From: Candidatus Multivoradales bacterium | GTDB taxonomy: Bacteria; Acidobacteriota; Thermoanaerobaculia; Multivoradales; Multivoraceae | Direction: 5' to 3' | Assembly (NCBI GenBank): GCA_965223325.1 | Contig: CBDCWI010000001.1 | Location: forward strand, 320,001-384,000 | DNA: 64,000 nt | Shown here: positions 22,271 to 34,092 of the stretch, in pieces | Position numbering within the stretch: the stretch's first letter is position 1 | How the letters are laid out: every line of letters begins with the position of its first letter | Program-made: the position numbers and the translations under genes | Notes under the pieces: model-generated | The model's input: only the letters and a program-made list of their open reading frames with translations | Told to the model about the DNA's origin: nothing | Databases searched by the model: none

Positions 22271-22970
22271 CGACCATCTTCAGAATGCGACCCGCGCGCT
22301 CCATGACCCGGGGATCATGGGTCGAGAACAAGAAGGTCACGCCGTGCTCCCGGTTGAGGGTCTGCATCAGGTCGAGAAGGGCAATCGCAGTCTCCGAGTC
22401 GACGTTCGCGGTCGGCTCGTCGGCCAGGACCAGAGCCGGCTCCGCGGCGATCGCCCGTGCGATCGCCACCCGCTGCTGCTGGCCACCCGAGAGCTCGTTG
22501 GGTTTGCGGTCCTCGAGCCCTTCGAGCCCCACCTTTGCCAGAAGGCCTAGAACTCGCGCGCGGCGCTCCTCTTTCGACTGGCCCTGCACCCACATCACCA
22601 TCTCGGCGTTCTCATAGGCGGTGAGAACCGGCATCAGGTTGTAGGCCTGGAAGACGAAGCCAATGCGGTCGCGCCGGAGCCAGCTGAGCTCGCGCCGCGA
22701 AAGCCCGGTCAGGTCCTGGCCTTCGAAGACGATCCGTCCCGAGGTTGGCCGGTCGAGCGCACCGATGAGATTGAGTGTGGTTGTCTTGCCCGAGCCCGAA
22801 GGCCCGCAGAGAGCGCTGAACTCTCCCGGCTGAATGTCGAGCGTTACCCCGCGCACGGCGGGTACCAGGACCTTGCCGCGACGGTAGGTGCGCACGACGT
22901 CGTGGAGCTCGATGATCGGCACATCGTGTGCCGCTGGTTGAGTCGCTTCCTGGGTCGCAGGTTTGTTCAT
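22236..22970 (-). CDS. ABC transporter ATP-binding protein (LolD/MacB-like)
   Basis: GPSGSGKTT, LSGGQQQRVAIARA, LADEPTANVD. Confidence 0.95.
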   Translation of the reverse strand: MNKPATQEATQPAAHDVPIIELHDVVRTYRRGKVLVPAVRGVTLDIQPGEFSALCGPSGSGKTTTLNLIGALDRPTSGRIVFEGQDLTGLSRRELSWLRRDRIGFVFQAYNLMPVLTAYENAEMVMWVQGQSKEERRARVLGLLAKVGLEGLEDRKPNELSGGQQQRVAIARAIAAEPALVLADEPTANVDSETAIALLDLMQTLNREHGVTFLFSTHDPRVMERAGRILKMVDGRIESDTRRS

Positions 22971-23019
22971 GAGACGTCTCTCGGGTTCTTTTGCAGTCAA
23001 GCTTCAGATCGGGTCCAGT

Positions 23020-24276
23020 TCACACGATGCGAAGGGTTTCCGCCGGGTCGACGCGTCCCGCGCGCCAGGCCGGATAGAGCCCGCTGGCGAGAACCGCCAG
23101 AAGCGCTGCGAGAACGATCAGGGCCAGGCTCTGCGGATAGATCCCGACCTTGAGGGCGGTCGGCATGGCAATACCCGAGATGTCGACACCGTCTTCCATA
23201 CCGACCATCGCCGAGATGTCGATGCCATGTATTGAAAGGTAGCGGTACGGCAGGAACGTCACCATGGCACTCGCCGCCAGGCCCACCATCGCCAGCCAGG
23301 CGCTTTCGAGCATCACCAGTTGGAAGAGCTTGCCCGGTGCCCAGCCGATCGCCCGCATGATCCCGAACTCGCGCAACCGCTCCATGACGCTCACGAACAG
23401 CGTGTTGAAGATGCCCGCCGCCACCAAAACGGCGATCAGAATCGAGCTCGCGATGCCGCCACCGACCTTCGCCGCCACGAAGCTCGCCAGGCCGGGCTGC
23501 ATCTCTTTCCAGGTCGAAGCAGAGGCCGCCATTGGCAGGTCGCGGCCCAACCGCTCGGCCACCGCAGCGCTTCGCCGATGGTCGCCCAGAAACACCGCCA
23601 ACTGGCTCGCTTCGTCGGCGTCGTAGCCGAGTACCTCGCGCACCGCATCGATCGGCAAGAGGCAGAAGCCGGCGTCGACTCCCGGCGAACCGGTCGCCAC
23701 AATGCCCGAAAGGCGCGCCAGCCCGCTGGTGATCTCGCCGCTCTTGTCCGACAGGGTATAGACCACCCGATCGCCGAGCTCGACGTCAAGGCGTTCTGCC
23801 AGGTCGCGGCCCAACAAAATGCCGCCATCGCTGGCACTCTCGAAAGCTTCCCCCTCGGCAAGCGCGTCGAGAATCGCCAGGGTCCCGGCATCCTCGAGGC
23901 TCGGGTCGTAGGCAATGAACCCGGCCCCCTGGCTCTCGGCGGCGGTCGCCAACATGGTCTCGCCAGAGATGCGCGGTGTGGCGTTCTCGACCTCGGCGTC
24001 GGCGAGGACCTGCCGACGAAGCGCAGTCACCTGCTCGACGGTCAACGCGAGACTCGGAGCATCGAGCGCCTCGCTGTGGCGCACCGTTACGTGACCGGCA
24101 CCCATGCGCGCCGCGAGGTCGATCATGTCGGCCCAGTTACGGTCTTGCATCGCAGCGGTGAGAACCGCCAGAAACACGCCGAAGACAATCGACACCAAGG
24201 TGATCGCGGTCCGACGGCGGTTGCGCCACAGGTTGCGCCACGCGAGAACGATCATGCTGCTTCCGTTCCTAGCCAT
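23020..24276 (-). CDS. FtsX/LolE-like ABC permease
   Basis: AWRNLWRNRRRT, SVMERLREFGIMRAIG, YPAWRAGRVDP. Confidence 0.92.
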   Translation of the reverse strand: MARNGSSMIVLAWRNLWRNRRRTAITLVSIVFGVFLAVLTAAMQDRNWADMIDLAARMGAGHVTVRHSEALDAPSLALTVEQVTALRRQVLADAEVENATPRISGETMLATAAESQGAGFIAYDPSLEDAGTLAILDALAEGEAFESASDGGILLGRDLAERLDVELGDRVVYTLSDKSGEITSGLARLSGIVATGSPGVDAGFCLLPIDAVREVLGYDADEASQLAVFLGDHRRSAAVAERLGRDLPMAASASTWKEMQPGLASFVAAKVGGGIASSILIAVLVAAGIFNTLFVSVMERLREFGIMRAIGWAPGKLFQLVMLESAWLAMVGLAASAMVTFLPYRYLSIHGIDISAMVGMEDGVDISGIAMPTALKVGIYPQSLALIVLAALLAVLASGLYPAWRAGRVDPAETLRIV

Positions 24277-24306
24277 GGGAACTCCTTTCCGGTTCGGGCC
24301 AACCCG

Positions 24307-25554
24307 TTACTGATAGCGCATTGCCTCTACGGGTGAAATGCGCGCCGCCTTGAGGCCGGGGTAGAGAATCGCAACAAACACCAGGAAGAGCAGCGCCAGA
24401 ACTGGCGCGACGAACGTCACGGCGTTCGTCACCGGGAACCACAGCGCCTCCAGTCTCACCCCTTCGAACGAGAAGTCCATCAACCCGCTGACATCTAGCC
24501 CTTTGCGCGCGTAGTGGAGGCAGAGAGGGACCGCCAGGGCGAGGCCAAGGCCAATCGCCACGAAGGTCTGCAGGAGGCCTTCTAGAAAGATCATGCGCAG
24601 GAGCTGACTCGGAGACACCCCGATCGCCTTCATGACCCCGAGCTCACGAATGCGTTCGAAGACCGCCATCAGCATGGCGTTCAAGATCAAGATCGCAATC
24701 GCGAAGTAGATGACGGCATAGGCAATCGCCATCGCCTGAGTGGTGGTGTCGAGATAGGTGGCCAGGGTGGGAGCAAGGCGTCGCCAGTTGCGCACCTCGA
24801 GGCCGTCTTCGGTTGCAGAAAAAGCCCGCGACGCTCCCGCGATGCGCGAGATCAGAGCGGTTGCCTCTTCGAGATCGGAGCCAGGAGGCCTACGCACCAC
24901 GAGGCGATGCGCGCCCTCTTCGAGCCAGAAGAAGTCGCGAAACGCTGGGGCCGGCAAGAAGACACCGGCACGGTCGATGCCGTCGCTGACCAGTTCGAGG
25001 ATTCCTCGCACCGTGTACAACTCATTGGCGGTACTGCCATCGGTCGCCTGACCGAGGAGGATGAGCTCGTCACCGACGGTGAGCTCGAGCTTCCTGGCGA
25101 GGCGCGAACCGATGACCGCTCCCATCGGATCGTCGGGAGAGAGCCAGGCGCCCGCTTCGGTGCGCTCACCGATCGTCGAGACCGACGCGTCGCGGACGAG
25201 ATCGATGCCGGTGACCATCGCCCCAGCCGAGGTCGTTTGCGAGGCCGCCAGAGCGCCACCCAGAAGCCGCGGGGACACCCGGTAACCGGCGCTCTCGAGC
25301 TCTCTGGTCAGGCCATCGGGTTCGGCGATGACGGTGTAGAGCGACGGACGCTCACGGTAGTCGCTGGCATGAATCTGAACGTCACCCATCTCGACCTCGA
25401 GAATGGTGTTCTCGAGGTCGCGCAGCATACCCTGCATGAAGCCGGTCCACAGCACCATGACGAACAGCGCCAGAGTCATCGCCGCGATGGTCACCAGCGA
25501 GCGCCGCGTGTTGCGCCACACATTGCGCCACGCCATCTGCATCAGGCGAATCAT
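24307..25554 (-). CDS. FtsX/LolE-like ABC permease
   Basis: AWRNVWRNTRRS, ERIRELGVMKAIG, YPGLKAARISP. Confidence 0.92.
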   Translation of the reverse strand: MIRLMQMAWRNVWRNTRRSLVTIAAMTLALFVMVLWTGFMQGMLRDLENTILEVEMGDVQIHASDYRERPSLYTVIAEPDGLTRELESAGYRVSPRLLGGALAASQTTSAGAMVTGIDLVRDASVSTIGERTEAGAWLSPDDPMGAVIGSRLARKLELTVGDELILLGQATDGSTANELYTVRGILELVSDGIDRAGVFLPAPAFRDFFWLEEGAHRLVVRRPPGSDLEEATALISRIAGASRAFSATEDGLEVRNWRRLAPTLATYLDTTTQAMAIAYAVIYFAIAILILNAMLMAVFERIRELGVMKAIGVSPSQLLRMIFLEGLLQTFVAIGLGLALAVPLCLHYARKGLDVSGLMDFSFEGVRLEALWFPVTNAVTFVAPVLALLFLVFVAILYPGLKAARISPVEAMRYQ

Positions 25555-26327
25555 CGTTTGAGCGCTTGCAAGGTGAAGGTCCGCGGCGGCAGATCGACAT
25601 CGAACTCGAGCTCCTCGTAGACGATCTCGGTGTACTCCCCGGAGCCGTCGGCGGGCTCGACCCGGGTTTGCCGGGGCAGCCGACGGCCGCCGAAGTCCCG
25701 GATGTCGCTGTAGGTCATGGTGCGCCTCAACGCACCGTCTTCGCCAAAGAACCGCGTCGCTCGAATGAGCTCATCGCTGGCGGCAATCTCGAGCTCGACC
25801 TTGCCCCACACCACCGGCGCGTCCTCGTGCGGCACGCACGCGATGCGGTAGTTGCCGTCGTTCACTTGCGGTTGGAGGTCGTAGGTGCAGTCGTAGTCAT
25901 CCGCAAAACGCACCGCGCGCACCAGGTCGTCGTTGGTGATGTGACTGCCCATCCAACCGGCCGACATCATCGACGCAGGCACCCGAATGGTGCGGTCAAC
26001 CTTCGGCAGGTAGTTCCAGATGTCCTGGCCGACCTTGAGTGTCGCCGTGCCGCGTTCACGGGCCGGCGAAGTGATCTCGACCAGGGTTTTTTCCTGGCCC
26101 TGGGATGCCACCTTCATTGCGATCTCGCGCGTCCACCGCTTCGTCTTGACGGTCATGCGCATCGAGCCGCGGCTCGAGTCGCCGCGCGTCAGGTCGTCGA
26201 CACCATTGAGAAGGCGGTCGAGATCCGGCGGCTGTGCTGTGGCCGATGCGGCCAGCAGAGACCAGAGCACCAGCAGGCTCACGCCGCCGAGAAAGACCAG
26301 AATGGGGTGAGGGCTGTTCTTCTTCAT
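25551..26327 (-). CDS. LolA-like 'outer membrane lipoprotein-sorting' protein
   Basis: Signal peptide; SPARERGTATLK, IWNYLPKVDRTIR, WMGSHITNDDL. Confidence 0.85.
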   Translation of the reverse strand: MKKNSPHPILVFLGGVSLLVLWSLLAASATAQPPDLDRLLNGVDDLTRGDSSRGSMRMTVKTKRWTREIAMKVASQGQEKTLVEITSPARERGTATLKVGQDIWNYLPKVDRTIRVPASMMSAGWMGSHITNDDLVRAVRFADDYDCTYDLQPQVNDGNYRIACVPHEDAPVVWGKVELEIAASDELIRATRFFGEDGALRRTMTYSDIRDFGGRRLPRQTRVEPADGSGEYTEIVYEELEFDVDLPPRTFTLQALKR

Positions 26328-27025
26328 ACCGTGATCTCCGCGAGCGCCGGCCGTCGTTCCACGCACTCCGCGAGGAGCCCGTCGATCAGAACCGTGCTCC
26401 AGAGTTGGGCGAACCGGGGGACCGAGAGTCCGCCACGGGTTTCTTCCTTGACGAAGAATCCCGCAGCCTCCATAACCGCAATCAGAAGGGCCGCCCGCTC
26501 TTCGAGTTCACTCTCTTCGAATCGCCCCGGCGCCGCCTCCTGGAGGAGGACCGTCAGGAACTGAAGACGCGCCCGGCGACTCTGCTCGACGAGGTCTGGA
26601 TCGAGCTCGTCGATCACCATCGAAACCTCGCGATCGCCAGACAAGAGGCGCGATGTGATGGGCATCTCGGAGGCCATCTCGACAACGCAGGCGACATAGA
26701 CGCGCAAGCGCTCGACAGGATCGAGCTGTGGCGAAAAAGCCGGGCGTATGCGGCCGAGGTAGCGCCCCTTTTCTTCAACGACCGCCTGCATCAAGAGGTC
26801 TGCCTTGGAGGTGAAATGCAGGTAGACCGTGCCCTTGGCGACCTGGGCTCGCTCGGCAATCTCATCGACACTGGTCTTACGGTAGCCCCGCTGGACGAAG
26901 AGCTCGGTGGCAGAAGCGAGAATGCGGACCGCTTTGGGGGAGCGACCCTCTTCGCCTGGCTTGGCAATCAGCGAGGCTGCAGCGACGTCGAACGCCTCTC
27001 GTAGATCGTCGAAAGAAACCGGCAT
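26324..27025 (-). CDS. TetR/AcrR family regulator
   Basis: ILASATELFVQRGYRKTSVDEIAERAQVAKGTVYLHFTSK HTH. Confidence 0.95.
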   Translation of the reverse strand: MPVSFDDLREAFDVAAASLIAKPGEEGRSPKAVRILASATELFVQRGYRKTSVDEIAERAQVAKGTVYLHFTSKADLLMQAVVEEKGRYLGRIRPAFSPQLDPVERLRVYVACVVEMASEMPITSRLLSGDREVSMVIDELDPDLVEQSRRARLQFLTVLLQEAAPGRFEESELEERAALLIAVMEAAGFFVKEETRGGLSVPRFAQLWSTVLIDGLLAECVERRPALAEITV

Positions 27026-27060
27026 ATGACCATTTTGACCGTTTCAGTCATTTTGTCAAG
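27026..27060 (-). promoter_or_regulatory. Sigma70 promoter of the tetR operon with operator palindrome; probably leaderless
   Basis: Minus strand TTGACA-N16-CAAAAT-N6-ATG; TGAC-N7-GTCA palindrome at 27036-27050 between the boxes. Confidence 0.7.
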
Positions 27061-27162
27061 AGGCAACAAGAAGAAGCCAGAATCTCCCCCGTCGGACCCG
27101 ACCAGCCCATAGCATCGGGACCCAGGTTTCTTTCTACCCCCTCACCTCTCCCCGGGCTGTCG

Positions 27163-28314
27163 ATGTTCCTCCCCCTTCTCCTTCTAGTGCCCATGGCTTT
27201 TCTCGCGCTGGTCGCGTTTCTCCTCCTGCGCCGCTTCCTCGTCGGGCCGGACCTCTCCCAGTACGACCTACCAGCAACCGCACCAGCGACCAGCCGCACC
27301 GAACCGAGCCCCGAAGTCGAAGAGGTCGAAAACCTGCTCAGGCGACTCGGCGAAGAGATGGGGCCGCTCACCTCGCGCGGGCGCTTGAAGAGGGTACGCA
27401 AGCTCTTTGACGACGGCTTCGGCTTCACCAAGCCACCAGCCGAACTGGGGGTCGAGGTACGCGAGGTCTCGCTTCCCGGGAACCAACCCGAGGCCATCCG
27501 GGGCGAGTGGGTCATCGCGCCTGACTACGACCCGAAGCGGCGTCTCCTCTACCTGCACGGCGGAGCCTTCTTCATCGGCAGCCCGCGCAGCCATCGCGCG
27601 GTGACCTCGGCACTCGCCCGGCGCACCGGAACCGCGGTGTTCGCAGTCGACTACCGGCTGCTTCCCGAGGCGACCCGCAAGGCAGGCATCCGCGACTGCC
27701 AAGCGGCCTATCGTTGGTTCCTCGATAACGGGCCCGATGGTCCGGGACCGGCCGAAGAACTGTTCATCTCGGGCGACTCAGCGGGCGGCAACCTGGCGCT
27801 CATGCTGATCGCCTGGGCACGCAATCAGAACCTTCGAGCCGTGAACGCGGCGGCAGTGATCGCTCCCGCCACCGACGGTAGTCTCACCTCGCCGACCATT
27901 CGCGAGAACCTCGAGACCGACCTTCTCCTCGGCCGCCTGTTTCGACTGCTGCGCCTCTTCCCGCGCACTTTCGTGCTGTGGAACATCATGCTGCTCACCC
28001 GCATGCATCCCCGCAACCCGCTCCTTGCACCGCTCGAAGGAACTCTCTCGAACCTGCCGCCAACTCTCGTGCACGCGAGTGAATCCGAGATCTTGCTCGG
28101 CGACGCCCGCCGGTGGGTCAACAAGGCGCGCCAGGAGGGAACCGAGGCCACGCTCCAGACCTGGCCGGGCCTCCCCCACGTCTGGCACGTCTTCAACCCC
28201 CAGCTCCCTGAGGCCGACGAAGCGCTAGCGGAGATCGCCGCCTTCTTTGCCCGACACGGAAACCGCGAACAAGACGACCGCGACACCCCGACCCTCGCCA
28301 GCGCTTCGGCCTAG
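27163..28314 (+). CDS. Alpha/beta hydrolase (HSL/GDXG esterase) with N-terminal anchor
   Basis: YLHGGAF, GDSAGG, HVW. Confidence 0.92.
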   Translation: MFLPLLLLVPMAFLALVAFLLLRRFLVGPDLSQYDLPATAPATSRTEPSPEVEEVENLLRRLGEEMGPLTSRGRLKRVRKLFDDGFGFTKPPAELGVEVREVSLPGNQPEAIRGEWVIAPDYDPKRRLLYLHGGAFFIGSPRSHRAVTSALARRTGTAVFAVDYRLLPEATRKAGIRDCQAAYRWFLDNGPDGPGPAEELFISGDSAGGNLALMLIAWARNQNLRAVNAAAVIAPATDGSLTSPTIRENLETDLLLGRLFRLLRLFPRTFVLWNIMLLTRMHPRNPLLAPLEGTLSNLPPTLVHASESEILLGDARRWVNKARQEGTEATLQTWPGLPHVWHVFNPQLPEADEALAEIAAFFARHGNREQDDRDTPTLASASA

Positions 28315-28379
28315 GAGCCCAGTGGAGAGCGATCCCGTATAGTGGCGCGAACCCCCTTTGGTGCCATCAGGAGACTCTC

Positions 28380-30566
28380 ATGAGGACGTTCCCTCGACCG
28401 CTTCATCTGCTGTGTTCGCTCTTCGCAGTCGCCACCCTCATCCTCACAGCGTACGCCTGCATTCCAGTCGACGGGCAGGAGACCAAGCGCGCCGGCGCCG
28501 CCTACGAGATCGATCAGGACGCCCTGGTGGCTGCCGCCGCGCGGCCTGGTGACTGGCTCTCCTATGGCCGCACCTACAAGGAACAACGCTTCTCGCCGCT
28601 CGATGAGATCAACGACCAGAACGTCGGTGATCTCGGCATCGCCTGGGTCTACGAAACCAACACCACCCGCGGCCTCGAAGCGACGCCGCTGGTCGTCGAC
28701 GGCGTGCTCTACACGACGGGATCCTGGAGCCGCGTCTACGCGCTCGACGTCGTGTCGGGCGAGCCGCTCTGGACCTACGACCCTGAGGTCGAAAAGAAGT
28801 GGGCGATGACCGCCTGCTGCGACGTGGTCAACCGCGGCGCGGCGCTCTACAACGGCAAGGTCATCTTCGGTGCTCTCGACGGTCGGTTGATTGCGCTCGA
28901 CGCCGAAACCGGCAAGCCCGAGTGGGAGACCAAGACCACCGACCAGTCCGAGCCCTACACCATCACCGGCGCACCGAGGGTCGTCAAAGGGAAGGTTCTG
29001 ATTGGTAACGGCGGCGCCGAGTACGGCGTGCGCGGCTATATCTCGGCTTACGACGCCGATAGCGGCGAGCTCGCCTGGCGCTTCTACACCGTGCCCGGCA
29101 ACCCCGCCGACGGCTTCGAGAACGAAGCCCTCGAGATGGCGGCCGAAACGTGGAAAGGCACCTGGTGGGAAAACGGCGGCGGCGGAACGGTCTGGGACTC
29201 GTTCGTCTACGATCCGGAGCTCGACCTGCTCTACGTTGGCGTGGGCAACGGTTCGCCCTGGAACCAGAACCTGCGCAGCCCGGGCGGTGGCGACAACCTG
29301 TTCTTGTCTTCGATCGTCGCGCTCAGGCCCGACACCGGCGAGTACGTCTGGCACTACCAGACGACCCCCGGGGACACCTGGGACTACACCGCCACGCAGC
29401 CGATCATTCTCGCCGAGCTGCCCATCGACGGCATCGTCCGCAAGGTCCTCATGCAGGCCCCCAAGAACGGTTTCTTCTATGTGCTCGATCGCGAAACCGG
29501 TGAGCTCATCTCGGCCGAGAAGTTCGTCCAGGTGACCTGGGCGAGCCACGTCGACAAAGACACGGGGCGCCCCGTCGAGCTTCCGGGAGCACGCTTCGTC
29601 GACGAGACCACTGCGGTCTTCCCGGGACCACTCGGCGGCCACAACTGGCATCCCATGGCCTTCAACCCGCAAACCCAGCTGGTCTACATCCCGGCCATGG
29701 AGATGTCGGCTTTCTACGTGCCTGATGAGGAGTACGAGGTCAGGGAAGGTCAGTGGAACCTCGGCATCCGCGTCGCGGAGCCGGAAGACATTCCGCAGGC
29801 GATTCTCGACACGATTCCCGGCGCAACGGCCGAAATGGTGACCGAGGACATCCCGACGGAGATGCTCTCGGGGCACCTCCTGGCCTGGGACCCGGTCAAC
29901 CAGAAAGAAGTCTGGCGTGCGCAGTACGACATGCCGTGGAGTGGCGGCGTGCTCACGACGGCGGGCAATCTGGTCTTCCAGGGCACGCCGCACGGTCTGC
30001 TCAAAGCGTTCCGCGCCGACACCGGCGAGCAACTCTGGGAGAGCTACACCGGGAGCGGCGTTGTCGCCGCACCGATCACCTTCTCAGTCGGCGGCAAGCA
30101 GTACATCGCGGTGATGTCGGGATGGGGCGGTGCCTTTGGCGTCGTCGGTTCGAAATCGGCCCGCAAGGCGGTCAAGAACCAGGGTCGCATTCTGGTCTAT
30201 TCGCTCGGCGGCGACGGCATCGAGCCGGAACGGACCGCAGAACCCAAGGTCGAGCTCACCAAAATCGAGCACGACTCCACCGAGGCCGACATCACAGCCG
30301 GCAGGCGCCTGTTCAATACCTACTGCCTGGTGTGCCACGGCTACGGTGCCACCGGTGGTGGCATGTACGCCGATGTGCGTGCCTCGGCACCGCGCATCTT
30401 CGCCAACTACGAAGACATCGTGCTCGAAGGCCGGCGCGTCGAGCGCGGCATGCCGGCATTCAAGGGCGAGATCACTCCTGAGGAACTCGACGAAATCAAG
30501 TCGTACGTCCTCTATCGGCGCGATGCCTGGATGGCCGAACTGGCAGCAGAAGCGGCCGACGACTGA
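28380..30566 (+). CDS. Type II quinohemoprotein alcohol dehydrogenase (PQQ + heme c)
   Basis: ACCDVVNRG, GNGGAEYGVRG, WDYTATQ, C-terminal CLVCH. Confidence 0.93.
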   Translation: MRTFPRPLHLLCSLFAVATLILTAYACIPVDGQETKRAGAAYEIDQDALVAAAARPGDWLSYGRTYKEQRFSPLDEINDQNVGDLGIAWVYETNTTRGLEATPLVVDGVLYTTGSWSRVYALDVVSGEPLWTYDPEVEKKWAMTACCDVVNRGAALYNGKVIFGALDGRLIALDAETGKPEWETKTTDQSEPYTITGAPRVVKGKVLIGNGGAEYGVRGYISAYDADSGELAWRFYTVPGNPADGFENEALEMAAETWKGTWWENGGGGTVWDSFVYDPELDLLYVGVGNGSPWNQNLRSPGGGDNLFLSSIVALRPDTGEYVWHYQTTPGDTWDYTATQPIILAELPIDGIVRKVLMQAPKNGFFYVLDRETGELISAEKFVQVTWASHVDKDTGRPVELPGARFVDETTAVFPGPLGGHNWHPMAFNPQTQLVYIPAMEMSAFYVPDEEYEVREGQWNLGIRVAEPEDIPQAILDTIPGATAEMVTEDIPTEMLSGHLLAWDPVNQKEVWRAQYDMPWSGGVLTTAGNLVFQGTPHGLLKAFRADTGEQLWESYTGSGVVAAPITFSVGGKQYIAVMSGWGGAFGVVGSKSARKAVKNQGRILVYSLGGDGIEPERTAEPKVELTKIEHDSTEADITAGRRLFNTYCLVCHGYGATGGGMYADVRASAPRIFANYEDIVLEGRRVERGMPAFKGEITPEELDEIKSYVLYRRDAWMAELAAEAADD

Positions 30567-30574
30567 GGCTAGTG

Positions 30575-31006
30575 ATGCCGGACACAGGCGATGGTCTGCC
30601 CCGGGCCCCTTCCGGCTACCGGCTCTACGAGTTCGAAGACCCCTTCGAAGACCATGTCGGCCCGCTGTGGTTGCGACGCGAAGACAAGAAGATCTCGTTT
30701 GCATTCCGCGCCGAGGCCAGGCACACGAACACCGGCGGCACCGTGCACGGCGGCATGCTGATGACCTTCGCTGACTTCGCGCTCTGTGCAACCGCCTGCG
30801 GTGAGCTGGTCGAGAGTGAGCGCTGTGTCACAGTGTCGTTCCACTGTGAGTTCATCGCCGCCGCCTCTCTGGGCGACCTGGTCGAGGCACAGGCTGAGAT
30901 CACCCGCCGGGCACGCACGCTGACCTTCGCCCGTGGTCTCGTCTTCGTCGGCGACACGACGGTTCTCAACTTCTCGGGTGTGACCCGCCGTTTCCAGCGC
31001 ACCTGA
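30575..31006 (+). CDS. PaaI family thioesterase
   Basis: HTNTGGTVHGGMLMTFAD hotdog motif. Confidence 0.9.
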   Translation: MPDTGDGLPRAPSGYRLYEFEDPFEDHVGPLWLRREDKKISFAFRAEARHTNTGGTVHGGMLMTFADFALCATACGELVESERCVTVSFHCEFIAAASLGDLVEAQAEITRRARTLTFARGLVFVGDTTVLNFSGVTRRFQRT

Positions 31007-31077
31007 ACGCCCTCCTCTCCCGGGCTCATCGCGCAAGCCACATCGCAAGCCACCATCCCGACTAGGAAATCGCAGCC

Positions 31078-32547
<1,470 letters not shown>

Positions 32548-32562
32548 CCCTTCGAGCTTCGA

Positions 32563-33999
32563 TCACTCGCCGGCGCGGGCCGCCCTCGCTGCCTGGAAAG
32601 AGTCCAGGAAAGCATCGTGAAGGGCCTCCGCCGAGCCGCTCTCGAGCTTGAAGTAGAACTCGTTGGGCCGCGGCCCACGGCGCAGGTAGGAGTACCGCCG
32701 CGGGCTACGCTCCCGCCGCCCCACCAGGTACATCCACACATCGTCGATGGCGCGCAAGAAGCGCACCCGTGCGCCTTCCGGCGGCGTGGGATGAAAGGGC
32801 CGTAGATCGTGCATGGCTTCGAGCGCCAGGACCTTGCGGCGCCGCGTCTCCTCATCGAGAGCGAGCGAGAACACACCGCCATGAACCAACTCGGGTGAGC
32901 TGGCAAACCAGGGCGGCGCCGAAGCGACCGCGGTGGCGGGGCCAAGCGGATAAGGCTCTGCCGCGACTGGATGGTTGGTATAGAGCAGAAGAGTTCCAGA
33001 CCAGCCACTCTCGATCACCGCCTCGAGCAGCGCAACGGTCGTGAACTGGTGGTCGGCGTGCGCATCGAGCTGCGGATGCGGCGCCGCGATGACCTCAGGA
33101 GCCGCACGTTCGAGCTCGGCGCGCAACTCGCGCACCAGGCCCGGCCAGCTCGATTCAAACGACCGTGCTTGTACTTCCTGATCGACGTTCCAACCTCGAT
33201 AGTGATCGGGGCGCGGTAGATCGGCGTACGGCGGCGGGACCTTCTCGGGGCGCTCGAGCCAGAGCTGGCGCACGGTGGCGTCGTAGAAGCCGAGGTTGCG
33301 GGCGCGCTCCGCCGGCACCCCACCCACCCGGGGCACCGTGACGCTGTCCCAGGTGCGCACTTCGCCCTTGACGCGGAACTGTTCTCTGTCGTCTTGCCAA
33401 AGCGCCCTGAAGTTGCGGCCGCCGGCATCTCCCGCAGTCACCGTAACGACGGTTGCATCGGTGGTGGCGTAGAAACCGAACGCAGCAATCTCGGCGTCAT
33501 CGGGATGGGGCGCGATGACCAGGGTCGGCGTGCTCCGCTCGAGAGGGACATCGTCAAACAGCAGCAACCGAGAACTGCCCGAGCTCCAGCCAACGCCCCG
33601 GCCTTCGAGCTCGATGCGCTTGGGCGCTTCACCAGGAGCATCGAACAACGCGGTGAGGTTCAAGTAGCGGCGGCCACTCGACCCGCTGGCCAGGTGTTGG
33701 CGGCCGTTCTCCTGGCCAGCCCGCCACAAGATCGCCGGATCGAGATCGGGCACAAGGCCGCGTGGACGAACGTCGAGCTCGAGCAGCGCGGTGCCGGCAA
33801 AGTTGCCCAGGGCGGCCGGCACGTCGACACCCGCGCCGTCGATCGCGACCTCGACCGACGAGAAGCCGCGCGCCTCTCTGAGGCCGATGTCATGCGAGTT
33901 CGCAGGATCGTGGCGGAGGAAAGCGCGCGGCGCCAGCGCCCGCTCACAGAGCATGGCAACGGTCGCAACGACCGCAACCACGATGAAGACCTGACCCAT
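32563..33999 (-). CDS. PIG-L family de-N-acetylase (DnpA-like architecture)
   Basis: VIAPHPDDAEIAAFG, PHPQLDAHADH; N-terminal TM. Confidence 0.85.
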   Translation of the reverse strand: MGQVFIVVAVVATVAMLCERALAPRAFLRHDPANSHDIGLREARGFSSVEVAIDGAGVDVPAALGNFAGTALLELDVRPRGLVPDLDPAILWRAGQENGRQHLASGSSGRRYLNLTALFDAPGEAPKRIELEGRGVGWSSGSSRLLLFDDVPLERSTPTLVIAPHPDDAEIAAFGFYATTDATVVTVTAGDAGGRNFRALWQDDREQFRVKGEVRTWDSVTVPRVGGVPAERARNLGFYDATVRQLWLERPEKVPPPYADLPRPDHYRGWNVDQEVQARSFESSWPGLVRELRAELERAAPEVIAAPHPQLDAHADHQFTTVALLEAVIESGWSGTLLLYTNHPVAAEPYPLGPATAVASAPPWFASSPELVHGGVFSLALDEETRRRKVLALEAMHDLRPFHPTPPEGARVRFLRAIDDVWMYLVGRRERSPRRYSYLRRGPRPNEFYFKLESGSAEALHDAFLDSFQAARAARAGE

Positions 34000-34092
34000 T
34001 GTTGGGCACTCTTTCGAAGGGTCATAGCGAGCGGTTCCCATCCTCGGCCGTCCGTTCCTCTCGAGTTGTTCGGGCGTTCGGTCGCTCTCACT

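Noticed and set aside
28311-30032. 573-aa minus-strand ORF
   Set aside because: Antisense shadow of the PQQ dehydrogenase, expected in high-GC DNA.
28380-30566. Lanthanide-dependent (XoxF/ExaF-type) dehydrogenase
   Set aside because: The active-site motif is WDYT, lacking the extra Asp (D-x-D); with the heme c domain it fits a Ca-dependent type II enzyme.
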